Positions 1-9,906 of a stretch of 64,000 nucleotides of DNA are shown in pieces. Position numbers and translations under genes: made by a program. The stretch spans positions 3,590-67,589 of the IMG/VR virus record IMGVR_UViG_3300037153_000221; one strand, 5' to 3'. Each line of letters opens with the position of its first letter. Within the stretch, counting starts at the first letter, position 1. The notes below the pieces were generated by a model. That model made no database searches, was not told the origin of the DNA, and saw nothing but the letters and a program-made list of their open reading frames with translations. The DNA comes from a virus.

Positions 1-1557
1 CTCGTCGTAGGCGACGACAGCATCCTGCGCGTCGGCTTCCGCAACCTGTACAAGATCGGCGGCCAGGAACGGTACCGCGCGGGCGCCACGGGCTTCACCG
101 GGGTCAAGCGTGTAAACCCCAACCCGCCCCGCTACCGGCGCGTCGGCTTCAACGCCGAGGCGTCCAGCGAACGTGACGGGCACCCGGCCAAGCTCGTGCT
201 GGACACCGGCAAGGACACACGCTGGACTTCGCACGATCACACCATCCCGAACTTCACCGAGTACGTCGAGATTCATCTGCCGCAGGCTCGCTACACGGGC
301 TTTCGCATCAACGTGCCGTCGCCGAACGTCACCATGTACATCTCCGTTTTCGCGCGTAACCGGCGCCGGAAGAAGAAGGGCGGCGGTTACGAGTACCGGC
401 CGTCGCAGATGGACGGAGTGGACATCCCCGAGGGCTTCATCAACATCCCGGAGTCACAGGGCGGCGGGCAGGTGCCGGGTGGTCACGGCGGTCATGCCTA
501 CATGCGCCGCATCGAGAACGTCGGCCCGCACCCGAAGGGTGTCCAGGAGGCGTTCAAGATCCACCCCGATGGCAAAGCGCTGGATCTAGGCTACAACTCC
601 GTTCTGCGCGTTAGCTTCCGCGAGCTACACCAGACCAGCCCCGGCACCTTCAGGGTCTCCGTGCGCACGCTGAAGGCCAACACCAAGAGCGGCGTGCCGC
701 AGCCGCCCAAGCCGCCGAAGGAACCCAAGCGCATCGAAGTCAACGACATCTCCGACATCGTGCGCGTGGTGCTGCGCTGGGCGGGCTTTGAGGAGTGGGA
801 GATCGAGAACACGGGCGCCAAGCTCAGCGGCGACTGGGTGTTCAACCGCCAGACCTTCTTCATCGACATCATCAAGAAGGTCCAGGAGGTGACGGGCTTC
901 GTGTTCTTCATGAAGCCACCGACGAACAACGACCGCTCCATCGGCGTGCCGGTGTTCCGTTCGTCCTGGCTGCTGCGTGATGACATCCCCGACTTGGCGC
1001 TTGTCACGCAGGACGATCTTCTGACTGGAGTTCAGGGAAAGATCACGGACGAACCGCTGGCGTCCATCATCTACGTGCGCGGCGCCCCCGATCAGAAGGG
1101 CAAGACCTACCTCGCCGACCGCACCAAGCGACTCCAGGCCAAGTACGTGCCGACCTGGTGGCGCAAGCACAACCGCCTCGGCGGCGTGCTGCGCCACGTC
1201 GTGCACACCGAGGACCGCCTGACCGACCAGAAGTCCGTGGACGTGTACGCGCGCCTGTGGGCGCTGCGGATGGCGCTGGAGGGCGCGACGGCGACTGCCG
1301 CCGTGCCCGGCACGCCCGAGTTCGACCTGGACGACCAGATCGGCCTGGCCGATAACATCGCGGGCCTGACCACGCGGCTGTACGTCGCCCAGCGAAACCT
1401 GGAGTTCACGACAGGCGAGAACGGCAGTTGGAAGCTAACGCTCGGCGGCGCGCTGCTGGACACGCCGGACATCGTGGAGACCAAGGCGGACCTTCGGGCG
1501 ATCCTGCCGCCGTCGCAGGCGCTCAGCTACATCGGCGACTACTACGAGATCAACTGA
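1..1557 (+). CDS. Minor tail / baseplate-hub-like structural protein (5' truncated by window edge)
   Basis: Frame is open from base 1 (LVVGDDSILRVGFRNL...) into ORF 196..1557; C-terminal 'ATAAVPGTPEFDLDDQI' resembles tail hub proteins; lies upstream of a tail fibre gene. Confidence 0.55.
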   Translation, partial: LVVGDDSILRVGFRNLYKIGGQERYRAGATGFTGVKRVNPNPPRYRRVGFNAEASSERDGHPAKLVLDTGKDTRWTSHDHTIPNFTEYVEIHLPQARYTGFRINVPSPNVTMYISVFARNRRRKKKGGGYEYRPSQMDGVDIPEGFINIPESQGGGQVPGGHGGHAYMRRIENVGPHPKGVQEAFKIHPDGKALDLGYNSVLRVSFRELHQTSPGTFRVSVRTLKANTKSGVPQPPKPPKEPKRIEVNDISDIVRVVLRWAGFEEWEIENTGAKLSGDWVFNRQTFFIDIIKKVQEVTGFVFFMKPPTNNDRSIGVPVFRSSWLLRDDIPDLALVTQDDLLTGVQGKITDEPLASIIYVRGAPDQKGKTYLADRTKRLQAKYVPTWWRKHNRLGGVLRHVVHTEDRLTDQKSVDVYARLWALRMALEGATATAAVPGTPEFDLDDQIGLADNIAGLTTRLYVAQRNLEFTTGENGSWKLTLGGALLDTPDIVETKADLRAILPPSQALSYIGDYYEIN

Positions 1558-2093
1558 TGCCCGCCTCGTCAACAGGTCTGCCCGTCGCCTACAGCGCGCA
1601 GGCCGTCGTGCGCAATATGACCATCGGTGCGATCACCTCCTACGACGCCCGCAAGAAGGAGGACTGGGAGCGTCAGATGGACGAGTACGACTGCCAGGTC
1701 AAGGTGCCGGTACAGGTGCCTGCGGTCGGCGCCGTCCCGGTCTGGCTGCCGTTCGAGGTGGGCTTCACGGTGTACTTCATCGCGCCACTGGACAACCCCA
1801 AGCGCGAGACACCGTACGACGACCCGATCTTCACATGGGGCTGCCGTCGTATCGGCAAGTTCCGCTTCTTCGTCATGGTCAACCTGCTGGAGTGGGTCGG
1901 TCATCCCGCGCCGGTCTCTCCCGACGACGACAGCAAGGGCATCACCGGGGCGAGGATGGAAGTCGGCATCATGCACCCCGCCGTGCATCCGGGCGAGGAC
2001 AAGAAGTACAACTGCGAACTGGAGTTGCACCTGAACTTCCAGGGATACGGCGGGGCGATCTCTGATCTCGATGGCGTGGAGGGCGAAAGCTGA
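1557..2093 (+). CDS. Hypothetical tail-module protein
   Basis: TGATG coupling at both ends; starts MPASSTG. Confidence 0.6.
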   Translation: MPASSTGLPVAYSAQAVVRNMTIGAITSYDARKKEDWERQMDEYDCQVKVPVQVPAVGAVPVWLPFEVGFTVYFIAPLDNPKRETPYDDPIFTWGCRRIGKFRFFVMVNLLEWVGHPAPVSPDDDSKGITGARMEVGIMHPAVHPGEDKKYNCELELHLNFQGYGGAISDLDGVEGES

Positions 2094-4549
2094 TGGACAA
2101 GACACCGCTTGGACTCACCAGGCTGGACCCGGCCGAGTCGCTGGCGACGGACGGCTACTCGTTCCAGGCGATCAACCCCATCATCATCGACCGCCTGCTG
2201 CGCGTCGGCGTCTACCTGCACAAGCACGATGCGCACGCGCGCCTCGGCGATCCACTGGACGAGCCGGAGATCACCACGGCCGCGACGGGCGGCCAGATCC
2301 CGTCCGACACGCTCGTGGCGACGTGCTACACGGTCGTGGACGAGTACGGCGGCGAGAGCCTGCCGTCCCCCATCGCCTCCGTGAGCACGGCGCCGGGGAT
2401 TGCGGAGCCGTTCGACGTGCCCGCGTACGAGATCGACAACACGCAGGGGAACCTGCGCAATGGCACCTACTACTACGTGCTGACGCTGACCGACGACACA
2501 GGCGGCGAGACCATCCCGTCCCCGCCTCTGCAAGTGGACATCCAACCTGGCAACGACCTGAACGCCGTCGTCTTCAGCGGCCTGACCGAGATCACCGAGA
2601 GTAGCGAAGGCGCGACCGGCTGGCGCATGTACAAGTCCACCGGCCAGTCTCGCTACCACTACATCGCAGACGGCCCGGCCGGTCTGGACTCCATCACCGA
2701 CGACGGCTTGCTGTGCGCCGACTGCCTGACCGAACCGCCGACCGAGGGCCACACCAACTCGACCAACAGCGTCACCGTCACCGTTCCGGACGCTGGCGTG
2801 CTCGCCGGGGCGAGTGCCTTCCGGATCTACCTGGGCGTGGACGGAGACTTCACCTCCCCCGCGCTGGCCGGGGAGTTCGACCCCGACCAGGTGAACGTCG
2901 CCATCGAGTTCCTTCAGGTCGCCGTGGACACCGGCACGCCGCCTGATGCCTCAACTACAGTCGCGGGCGCGCAGAAGATCAACCCCGACACGGACATCCT
3001 CAACTGGCCGTGGAAGGCGCCGGTCGCCACGACGGCCGATCTTCCCGACGACGCCGAAGAAGGCGACGTGCGCTTCGTGCTGGAGGACGCCACCATCTGG
3101 CTGTTCAAGGACACGTCCTGGATTCAGTACACGGCGCCGCCGCAGTTCTGGAAGGCACCCGTGACGAGCCTGGCCGAGCTTCCGACGACCGGGAATGTGC
3201 CCGGCGACGTGCGCGTCGTACTGGCCGACTTGAGTCTGTACATCTGGGACGTGGGCACCACGTCGTGGAAGCTGCTCTCTCCGCGTCCGGTGCCGGTCCA
3301 GGACGAGGGCGACGATCTTCCCGCGCGCGGCACCATCGACTTCCACGGCTCCGGCGTCACTGTCACCGACGACCCGGACAACAACAAGACCGTCGTCACG
3401 GTCAGCGGTGGGGGCGGGGGCGGCGGCGGGGGCGGTCCCTACACCATTGAGGGCGGCGAGGGGCCGAGCTACACATTCGATGACGCCGAGCAGGTGCGGC
3501 TGGCCGTGCGGCGCTACGAGGTGCCGCGCTTCTGGACCGCAGGGTTCCTTCCCCTGGAGCACGAAAATTACAGCCCCGCAGGCGCCTACCACCTCGTGGA
3601 CGGCGAGATGATCCCGCAGTCGGCCGGGACCGGCAGTCACTCCGTGATCCACGGAACGGGTGCCGCCCAGGTCAGGGATGGCTTCGGCCTGAGCATCATG
3701 GTGGACTACACGATCCTGTCTGACGACTGGGACGAGATCGGCCTGAAGGTCCGCGATGGACTCGATTTCGGCAACGGCGGGCCGACCATCACCATTGACA
3801 AGGCGGCGGGCACGATCACGCTGCACAACGGCGTGACTGACGTTCAGACGTTGGGCGCGGCCGAGGACTACGTGCTCCCCGAGATCGGCGAGACACGGCG
3901 TCTGACGTTGCGCGTAGAGAAGTACAGCGATGCTGACCCCTGGTACCTGACCGGCGTGGACCAAAGCCCGACCGACAACAGCGTGTACTGGCAGATGGAG
4001 GCTGATGTCAGCGCGACGTGGGGCGCGCACGAGCCGCACAGTGAGATCTACGCCACCTGGTCGGCTACGGGCGCACTCAAGTTCTTCAACTTCCGCCAGT
4101 GGACGCTCGTCATCAAGAGCATCCTCACGCTCCTTGTGCCTGACCCCGTGTCCGGCGATATCACGCATGAGTGGATGATCGTCGCGGAGGACGGTGGCTT
4201 CGGCATCAACGCAGGCTTCACGGTGTCGCCCGAGAACGACTGGACCGTGGACAACGTGTACGGCTATGCGGACGGCGGCATGTGCGTGATGGCCGGGACG
4301 CTGACGAGCGGGGCGTCGGCGGCGCCCGCGCCCGGCGACCTGATCGCCACGGTCTGGCCGACGCCGACGACCAACCTACTCCTCCAGGTCATCACGGGCG
4401 ACGACGACGGCCGCGAGTTCGGCGCGGTGTCCATCGACCTCAACGGCACCGTGCGATGGGAGATGGGTCGCTCCAGCGCTCCGGCGACTAAGCATCCGTA
4501 CGTCGTGCTGGATGGCGTGACGTATCCGATGAACAGGCCGAACTGGTAA
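2093..4549 (+). CDS. Tail fibre / receptor-binding-type structural protein, 818 aa
   Basis: Acidic, beta-rich; duplicated 'WKAPVxxxxxLP...GDVRxVL' motif; poly-Gly hinge; C-terminal fibre-like domain. Confidence 0.65.
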   Translation: MDKTPLGLTRLDPAESLATDGYSFQAINPIIIDRLLRVGVYLHKHDAHARLGDPLDEPEITTAATGGQIPSDTLVATCYTVVDEYGGESLPSPIASVSTAPGIAEPFDVPAYEIDNTQGNLRNGTYYYVLTLTDDTGGETIPSPPLQVDIQPGNDLNAVVFSGLTEITESSEGATGWRMYKSTGQSRYHYIADGPAGLDSITDDGLLCADCLTEPPTEGHTNSTNSVTVTVPDAGVLAGASAFRIYLGVDGDFTSPALAGEFDPDQVNVAIEFLQVAVDTGTPPDASTTVAGAQKINPDTDILNWPWKAPVATTADLPDDAEEGDVRFVLEDATIWLFKDTSWIQYTAPPQFWKAPVTSLAELPTTGNVPGDVRVVLADLSLYIWDVGTTSWKLLSPRPVPVQDEGDDLPARGTIDFHGSGVTVTDDPDNNKTVVTVSGGGGGGGGGGPYTIEGGEGPSYTFDDAEQVRLAVRRYEVPRFWTAGFLPLEHENYSPAGAYHLVDGEMIPQSAGTGSHSVIHGTGAAQVRDGFGLSIMVDYTILSDDWDEIGLKVRDGLDFGNGGPTITIDKAAGTITLHNGVTDVQTLGAAEDYVLPEIGETRRLTLRVEKYSDADPWYLTGVDQSPTDNSVYWQMEADVSATWGAHEPHSEIYATWSATGALKFFNFRQWTLVIKSILTLLVPDPVSGDITHEWMIVAEDGGFGINAGFTVSPENDWTVDNVYGYADGGMCVMAGTLTSGASAAPAPGDLIATVWPTPTTNLLLQVITGDDDGREFGAVSIDLNGTVRWEMGRSSAPATKHPYVVLDGVTYPMNRPNW

Positions 4550-5196
4550 TGCCTGGAACCGTACTTCAGTTCGACCCTAGCTGCTCCAACCGCCAGAAGG
4601 AGTGGTTTCAGGAGGCGATGCTGCGCTCGCACTTCCCGTTCGACCGGGCCGATCTGAAGTTGAGCGTCAAGGGTGTGGACGAGCCGCCGTGTCCTGGACA
4701 CAACGACTACATGTGCACCGAGACCTACCACGGCGGACCCGAGGGCACGTTCTCCATCATCTACATCCGCAACGGCGTCGAGGACCCCAACCACCCGGCC
4801 AATGCCGGGGTGCCGACCATCGAAGGACGCAAGCTGTTCTGGCTGGAGAGCGCCATCCACGAGGTGGGCCACGCCTTCACTCTCGGTCACCTCGCGGTGG
4901 ACGACCCGTCCACCGCGCACCTGTGCGAGATGTTCCAGTACCGCGACTCGCCGGGCACTCCGCGCTACGGCACACTCCCGGACTGGAGCGTCGGCGCCGA
5001 CACGAGCACGAGCCTGGACCCATGGCGCAACGCCATCTCCGAGGCCGTCGCCGAGTGGTTCAAGGATCTCTACCTCCCCGCCCAGTACCGCTGGTACAGC
5101 CAGCGCACGCTGTGGGACTTCAGACGGGAGTCCTTCACTAGCTGGTGGGATCTGCTCGAAGCGTTCATGTGTCCAGCCCCGAGCGACAGTTCCTGA
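4549..5196 (+). CDS. Zincin/metzincin-like zinc metallopeptidase
   Basis: AIHEVGHAFTLGH motif (HEXXH with a third His); TAATG-coupled to the fibre gene. Confidence 0.55.
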   Translation: MPGTVLQFDPSCSNRQKEWFQEAMLRSHFPFDRADLKLSVKGVDEPPCPGHNDYMCTETYHGGPEGTFSIIYIRNGVEDPNHPANAGVPTIEGRKLFWLESAIHEVGHAFTLGHLAVDDPSTAHLCEMFQYRDSPGTPRYGTLPDWSVGADTSTSLDPWRNAISEAVAEWFKDLYLPAQYRWYSQRTLWDFRRESFTSWWDLLEAFMCPAPSDSS

Positions 5197-5786
5197 TGGA
5201 GTTCCCGCACCGTCCAGAATGGTTGTTGGAGCCAAGCCAGGGCTACGTGTTGATCGGCACGGCGTCGGGCACGGGCGACCGGACGTTCCGCCCCGGCGAG
5301 ATCTCCGTCCAGGCGCCACATGACCCTGCGGCCCTCAGCTACACCGCATGGGCCGAGATCTCGGGGTATGGGCCAGTCTCCTCGTACGGGGCAGTGGACA
5401 TCTGGGGGATGATGAGCGAGGAGGGCGGCGTCGCCGTCCCGCTGCTGTCGGCGTACCAGACGGGGATCATGAAGGACATCTTCAGCGCATCGGCGGCGCT
5501 CGTCGGCACGCCGTACTACGACATCCCCCCGTACCCGCCGTCGATGACCTACGTGCGCGCGAATCTGTACGGCTACGAGGTGACCGGCGACGACGTGCCG
5601 CACGTCCTCGGACCCTGGATCATCGAACTGTACAAGCGCATGAACGTCGGCGGTGGCGGCGTGACGCCTGAGCCGCCCGAGGACGCCCCGTGCCCGCCGC
5701 GCCAGCCCTGGCCGTACGTCGATCCTGAGACCGTGCCGCCTCGGATTGACTCCGAGTCCGGCCGGGTACGACGCTCCAACCCGTAG
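5196..5786 (+). CDS. Hypothetical protein (last gene of the tail operon)
   Basis: TGATG coupling; starts MEFPHRPEW. Confidence 0.55.
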   Translation: MEFPHRPEWLLEPSQGYVLIGTASGTGDRTFRPGEISVQAPHDPAALSYTAWAEISGYGPVSSYGAVDIWGMMSEEGGVAVPLLSAYQTGIMKDIFSASAALVGTPYYDIPPYPPSMTYVRANLYGYEVTGDDVPHVLGPWIIELYKRMNVGGGGVTPEPPEDAPCPPRQPWPYVDPETVPPRIDSESGRVRRSNP

Positions 5787-5923
5787 CATCATGCTACGCT
5801 GCCGGACTTTCCCACGAGAGGAGGTGTTCCCACGGACCATGACTAAGCGCCGCGCTTGAGCGAAGTCAACGTAGCGAGCGGCGCGACTGGAACCGATGTG
5901 TCAACTCAAGTCAGGAGATCAAC

Positions 5924-6499
5924 TTGCGAATCGCAATCGCGGCGGCGCTCTCGACCGCCGCCCTCGCCTTCGTACTTCCATCCACCGCGTCCGCCGACAT
6001 GGCGGACTGCAAGCCGAAGCTGGAGCGCAACTACTCCAAGCATTACCGGCAGGTAGCACACAAGCACGGCACTCGTGCACCGGGGCGCAATATCCGCAGG
6101 CAAGGGGTCCTGTTCCGTCACGTCACCTTCAGAGCGACGTGCGGGGAGATCCGGCGCAGCGACCACCAGTTGAAGAAGCTGTTGGCGCGCCCGACGTTCG
6201 CTGAACTCACACGGCTGGCCGTGCCGCCGCCGCAACCACCGGCAGGCGTCCAGTCAACTACACAACGTGCCACGGGTGGTCCACTAGCCTCCATCCGCGC
6301 GTGCGAGTCCGGGGGCAACTACGCCACGAACACCGGCAACGGGTTCTACGGCGCCTACCAGTTCACCCTGGAGACCTGGCAAGCCATGGGTGGCAGTGGA
6401 CTGCCGTCCAACGCTAGCCCGGCCGAGCAGGACATGCGGGCCGCGAAGCTCTGGAACGGGGGAGCCGGAGCCGGTAACTGGCCCGTTTGCGGCCACTGA
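5924..6499 (+). CDS. rpf: Secreted resuscitation-promoting factor (Rpf-type lytic transglycosylase)
   Basis: Signal peptide ending ASA; Rpf core 'IRACESGGNYATNTGNGFYGAYQF...TW...GG...A...EQ...A...GAGNWPVC'; AGGAG RBS. Confidence 0.9.
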   Translation: MRIAIAAALSTAALAFVLPSTASADMADCKPKLERNYSKHYRQVAHKHGTRAPGRNIRRQGVLFRHVTFRATCGEIRRSDHQLKKLLARPTFAELTRLAVPPPQPPAGVQSTTQRATGGPLASIRACESGGNYATNTGNGFYGAYQFTLETWQAMGGSGLPSNASPAEQDMRAAKLWNGGAGAGNWPVCGH

Positions 6500-6558
6500 C
6501 GGCGCCTGCTAGCATCGCGGGCCGAGCGACATCGGCATCCGCTCTACCTCCAAACGCT

Positions 6559-6591
6559 CGACGGGCCGCGCCCACAAGGTGCGGCCCGTCG
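6559..6591 (+). terminator. GC-rich hairpin downstream of rpf
   Basis: CGACGGGCCGCGCC-CACAA-GGTGCGGCCCGTCG. Confidence 0.45.
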
Positions 6592-6625
6592 TGTGTCTCG
6601 ACTCCTCCCAGCAGCCGTTCTACCC

Positions 6626-6718
6626 ATGGACCAGACCGACCTAACCGCCCTCGTGATCCTGTTCTTCGTGGTGCTCCTGGCGATCATCACGGTGCTTGCG
6701 GTCATCAACTCCGGCTGA
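6626..6718 (+). CDS. 30-aa single-pass membrane peptide
   Basis: MDQTDLTALVILFFVVLLAIITVLAVINSG; too short for the ORF track. Confidence 0.45.
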   Translation: MDQTDLTALVILFFVVLLAIITVLAVINSG

Positions 6719-6795
6719 CCAGCGTTCCGTCCGCAGCGACGGATAGGGTGTGTAGCACGATGCCACACACGACTGGAGTTCGGAGGTAGCTAGAG

Positions 6796-7890
6796 ATGGC
6801 AGCGACGCAGGAGGGGCCGAAGCGCCTGGAGCCGCTTCGCTACGGAAGCCGGTGGCTGTACGCACCGCCGAGTGAGGAGGACGTGAAGACCTGGTTCGAC
6901 GGCCAGCGCCTGCATCCGGGGATGGCGCATGAGCCGTACTACGGCGGGATCGTGCTGATCGGCGCCAAGGAGAAGATCCAGCAGACGTTCGAGAACGCCA
7001 ACGGGACGCTGCTCCAGCGCGAGATCGAGCGCATGACGTTCACCCCATACGTCAAGGTGGACACGCGCATCGCCTACTTCCACGACCTGATCGCGGCGCT
7101 CAATGCGGAGGACCCGTTCAAGTACATCCCGGTCATCGAGCCGGTGCCGGTGAAGATCATCACCGACCGCAACTCGCCGTACTACAACGAGCACTTGCCC
7201 GAGGGCTACTTCATGTTCCCGGTGCGCAACAACACCGAACGGGAGTCCTTCAATCGCTACATCGGCGCGCGCTGGCGGGTCGCCATCTACGAGGCCGACC
7301 AGTACATGAACGCCATCGCGGGCAAGGAGCCGCGTCCACTGATCCAGGGCGTCGGCACCAAGCAGTCGCTCCTGGTGAAGCAGTACGCCGACGACAACGT
7401 GCTGATGAAGGCCGAGACCGGCGCCATCGGGCGCGCGCTAGGCGTGGCGGGCATCCTCGTGGTCGGCACTGGCATCGCCACGGCCGAGGACATGCAGGAG
7501 TTCCAGAGCGCGCCGCCGCCCGGTCAGGCAGCCGGGGACATCACGCCGCTGCCCGAGATCGTCGCTCCGTCCGAGCCGCAGGCGGGCGTGCGCCAGGAAG
7601 GCCCGGAGGCCGAGGGCCAGGTGAACATGCCCGGCGTCAACGACCAGGGCGCGGTGGTCCCGGACGAGTCCACGCCGCAGGAGCGTGACGAGGAGATGCG
7701 CGCACGGGCGCGCACGCTTTCGGACGAACTGAAGTCTGTATCTCCGGCTGCGCACGCCGCCTACGTCGAGTGGTACACCAAGGAGCGCCAGTTCCCGGCG
7801 CTCGACCAACTCAGCGGCCCGGCGCTCAACGGCGCCGTCGTGGCGCTGGAGCGCAAGCTGGACGAGGCGCGGCAGGCGAGCACGGCATGA
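6796..7890 (+). CDS. Single-strand annealing protein (Rad52/Sak-like recombinase)
   Basis: 'YVKVDTRIAYF' and 'KAETGAIGRAL...GI...IATAEDM' motifs; next to an exonuclease gene; GGAGG RBS. Confidence 0.65.
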   Translation: MAATQEGPKRLEPLRYGSRWLYAPPSEEDVKTWFDGQRLHPGMAHEPYYGGIVLIGAKEKIQQTFENANGTLLQREIERMTFTPYVKVDTRIAYFHDLIAALNAEDPFKYIPVIEPVPVKIITDRNSPYYNEHLPEGYFMFPVRNNTERESFNRYIGARWRVAIYEADQYMNAIAGKEPRPLIQGVGTKQSLLVKQYADDNVLMKAETGAIGRALGVAGILVVGTGIATAEDMQEFQSAPPPGQAAGDITPLPEIVAPSEPQAGVRQEGPEAEGQVNMPGVNDQGAVVPDESTPQERDEEMRARARTLSDELKSVSPAAHAAYVEWYTKERQFPALDQLSGPALNGAVVALERKLDEARQASTA

Positions 7891-8426
7891 GCGAGTTCGA
7901 CGGGAGCGTGACCGTCTTCTACGACGACACGCCGACCACCGTCAACAAGGGCGGTGGCGGCTCGCGCGGGCACTGGTCCAAGGGCCACAAGGAGAAGCAG
8001 CGCTGGGAAGGCGTCTATCTCGCGCTATTCCTCCAGGCCAAGCTGCCGAGGCGCCTGGACTTCGTGCGCGTCCACATCCTGCTGGAGTATGCGAGGCCGA
8101 ACACCAAGCGCGATCCGGAGAACTTCCGTCACCCTGTAGTGAAGCCGCTGGCCGACGCCTTCGTGAAGGCGGGCTACCTCAAGGACGACAACCCCGACTA
8201 CTTCGATGTCGGCAGCCTGACCATCAGCCGCGACAAGCTGGACGCTCCGAAAACCATCAAGTCGCGGATCACCGTCACCATCGACTACAGGTTGGCCAGC
8301 GCCGACCCGGAGCCGTATGGTCTGGCGGCCCCGGCACCGGGCGGCGCGGCAGGCGCAACGGGCCGGGACGTGGGGGATGATGCTCACGCCCGGCGAACGC
8401 CCACGCGCCAGCCTACTAGGAGGTGA
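7887..8426 (+). CDS. RusA-like Holliday junction resolvase
   Basis: 'RDPEN...KPLADAFVKAGYLKDD' matches the RusA catalytic pattern; ATGA overlap with the SSAP gene. Confidence 0.7.
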   Translation: MSEFDGSVTVFYDDTPTTVNKGGGGSRGHWSKGHKEKQRWEGVYLALFLQAKLPRRLDFVRVHILLEYARPNTKRDPENFRHPVVKPLADAFVKAGYLKDDNPDYFDVGSLTISRDKLDAPKTIKSRITVTIDYRLASADPEPYGLAAPAPGGAAGATGRDVGDDAHARRTPTRQPTRR

Positions 8427-8432
8427 CGCGAG

Positions 8433-9638
8433 TTGCTACTACCCGGTGACGCCATCGGAATATCAGACATCCTCCAGTACAGGGCGTGCGCGCAACTGTT
8501 CGCCTTCGGGATGCGCCGCCACGTCCCGCTGCCCGAGCGCTTCCAGCTATACGCGGGCGAGGCCGACGAGCCGCCCGAGTCCGAGAGCTATGCCACCGCT
8601 TACGGGCACGCCGCCCACGAGATGGTGGAGATGGTCGAGGTGACCGGCTGTTCGCACGACGTGGCCGTGGACAGCGTGTGGCCCAAGTACCAGCACTGGC
8701 TGGACCCCGACGACCTGGACCGGCTGCGCGCAGACCTGGACACCTGGGAGGGCCGCCGAGTTCAGGGCTTCAGGCTGATTGGAACCGAACTTGAGTTGCG
8801 AGTTCCGCTGTTCGTCCACGACGGCCGCCAGATCTACTTCCGTGGCCGGATCGACGCGCTCTACCAGCACCTCCAGAACCCGGCCTTCTTCTACTCGCGC
8901 GACTACAAGTCCAGCCGCTGGCCCAAGTCCGAGGCCGAGGTGCACAAGGATCTCCAGCAGTGGGCGTACAACTGGATGGTCCACGAATACTTCCCCGAGT
9001 GCGCGCGGCTCATACAGATCTACGACCAGTTCCGCTTCGGCGCCATCCCCACCCAGAAGAACGACGAGCAGCGCAAGCGCATCAAGGACTGGCTGATCCG
9101 TCAGGTGAAGGCGATCCTCGCCGACGACCGGCTGAAGCCCACCAGCAACGACATGTGTCACTTCTGCCCGATTCTTCTCGACTGCCGCGTCACCCATCAG
9201 AGCGGCGACTACTGGGTCAACCGGCTGGGGGCGCTCGCGCCCGAGAAGAAGGTCGGCCGCAAGATCCAAGTCCAACTCACGCAGGAGTTCGCGGGCTACG
9301 AGATCTACGCCGAGCTACTGCCCCGCGTCAAGCGCGCCCAGAAGGTCATGGAGCGCTTCATCGCGGCCGTCGAAGGCGACCTGAAGGAGATGGACCAGGA
9401 GACCAGGGAGGCGCTGGGGTTCGAGCTTTCCCGGCCGCGCCGACTGGACACCTGGGACGCTGACGCCAAACGGCAGTTGCTCGCTGAGTTCGGCGACGAT
9501 GCCGTCCACCTGATGCGCGTGACCAAGACGGACGTGGAGGAGTTCTTCGGCGCCGACTCCGATGAAGCGCGCCGGATCATCAACATGGCGTCCAAGCGTG
9601 AGACCGCGCCGTCCCTCAAGCAGCGAAAGGCAGCGTGA
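8433..9638 (+). CDS. PD-(D/E)XK RecB/Cas4-like exonuclease
   Basis: 'GRIDA...DYKS...QQWAY' nuclease motifs; N-terminal Cys plus C-terminal CxxC...C. Confidence 0.8.
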   Translation: MLLPGDAIGISDILQYRACAQLFAFGMRRHVPLPERFQLYAGEADEPPESESYATAYGHAAHEMVEMVEVTGCSHDVAVDSVWPKYQHWLDPDDLDRLRADLDTWEGRRVQGFRLIGTELELRVPLFVHDGRQIYFRGRIDALYQHLQNPAFFYSRDYKSSRWPKSEAEVHKDLQQWAYNWMVHEYFPECARLIQIYDQFRFGAIPTQKNDEQRKRIKDWLIRQVKAILADDRLKPTSNDMCHFCPILLDCRVTHQSGDYWVNRLGALAPEKKVGRKIQVQLTQEFAGYEIYAELLPRVKRAQKVMERFIAAVEGDLKEMDQETREALGFELSRPRRLDTWDADAKRQLLAEFGDDAVHLMRVTKTDVEEFFGADSDEARRIINMASKRETAPSLKQRKAA

Positions 9639-9639
9639 G

Positions 9640-9906
9640 ATGGGAGTCGTAATCCAGATCGTCGGACTGGCGGCAGGAGATATCACGGGCGCCGAGGGCA
9701 AGTACGTCAAGGAGTACACGCCGAGCGGATTCGGCGGGCGCGGCGACCTGGTGGTCACCGACGAGATCGCGGACGCCAAGCTCTACCCGGACCTGGTGGC
9801 GGCGTGGGAGGAGTACAAGCGGGTCTCGGACACGCACCCGTGGCGCAGCGATGGCAAGCCCAACCGGCCGCTGACCGCGTTCACGGTGTCGATGCAGAAC
9901 GTCTAA
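9640..9906 (+). CDS. Hypothetical protein
   Basis: Starts MGVVIQIV; good codon usage. Confidence 0.55.
   Translation: MGVVIQIVGLAAGDITGAEGKYVKEYTPSGFGGRGDLVVTDEIADAKLYPDLVAAWEEYKRVSDTHPWRSDGKPNRPLTAFTVSMQNV

Noticed and set aside
5787-5923. c-di-AMP (ydaO) riboswitch before rpf
   Set aside because: The conserved GCUGAAUCC / GGGGGA / CCCGUCAGCUAAC elements are absent
8433-9638. Cas4 as part of a CRISPR system
   Set aside because: Context next to the SSAP and RusA-like genes indicates a recombination exonuclease
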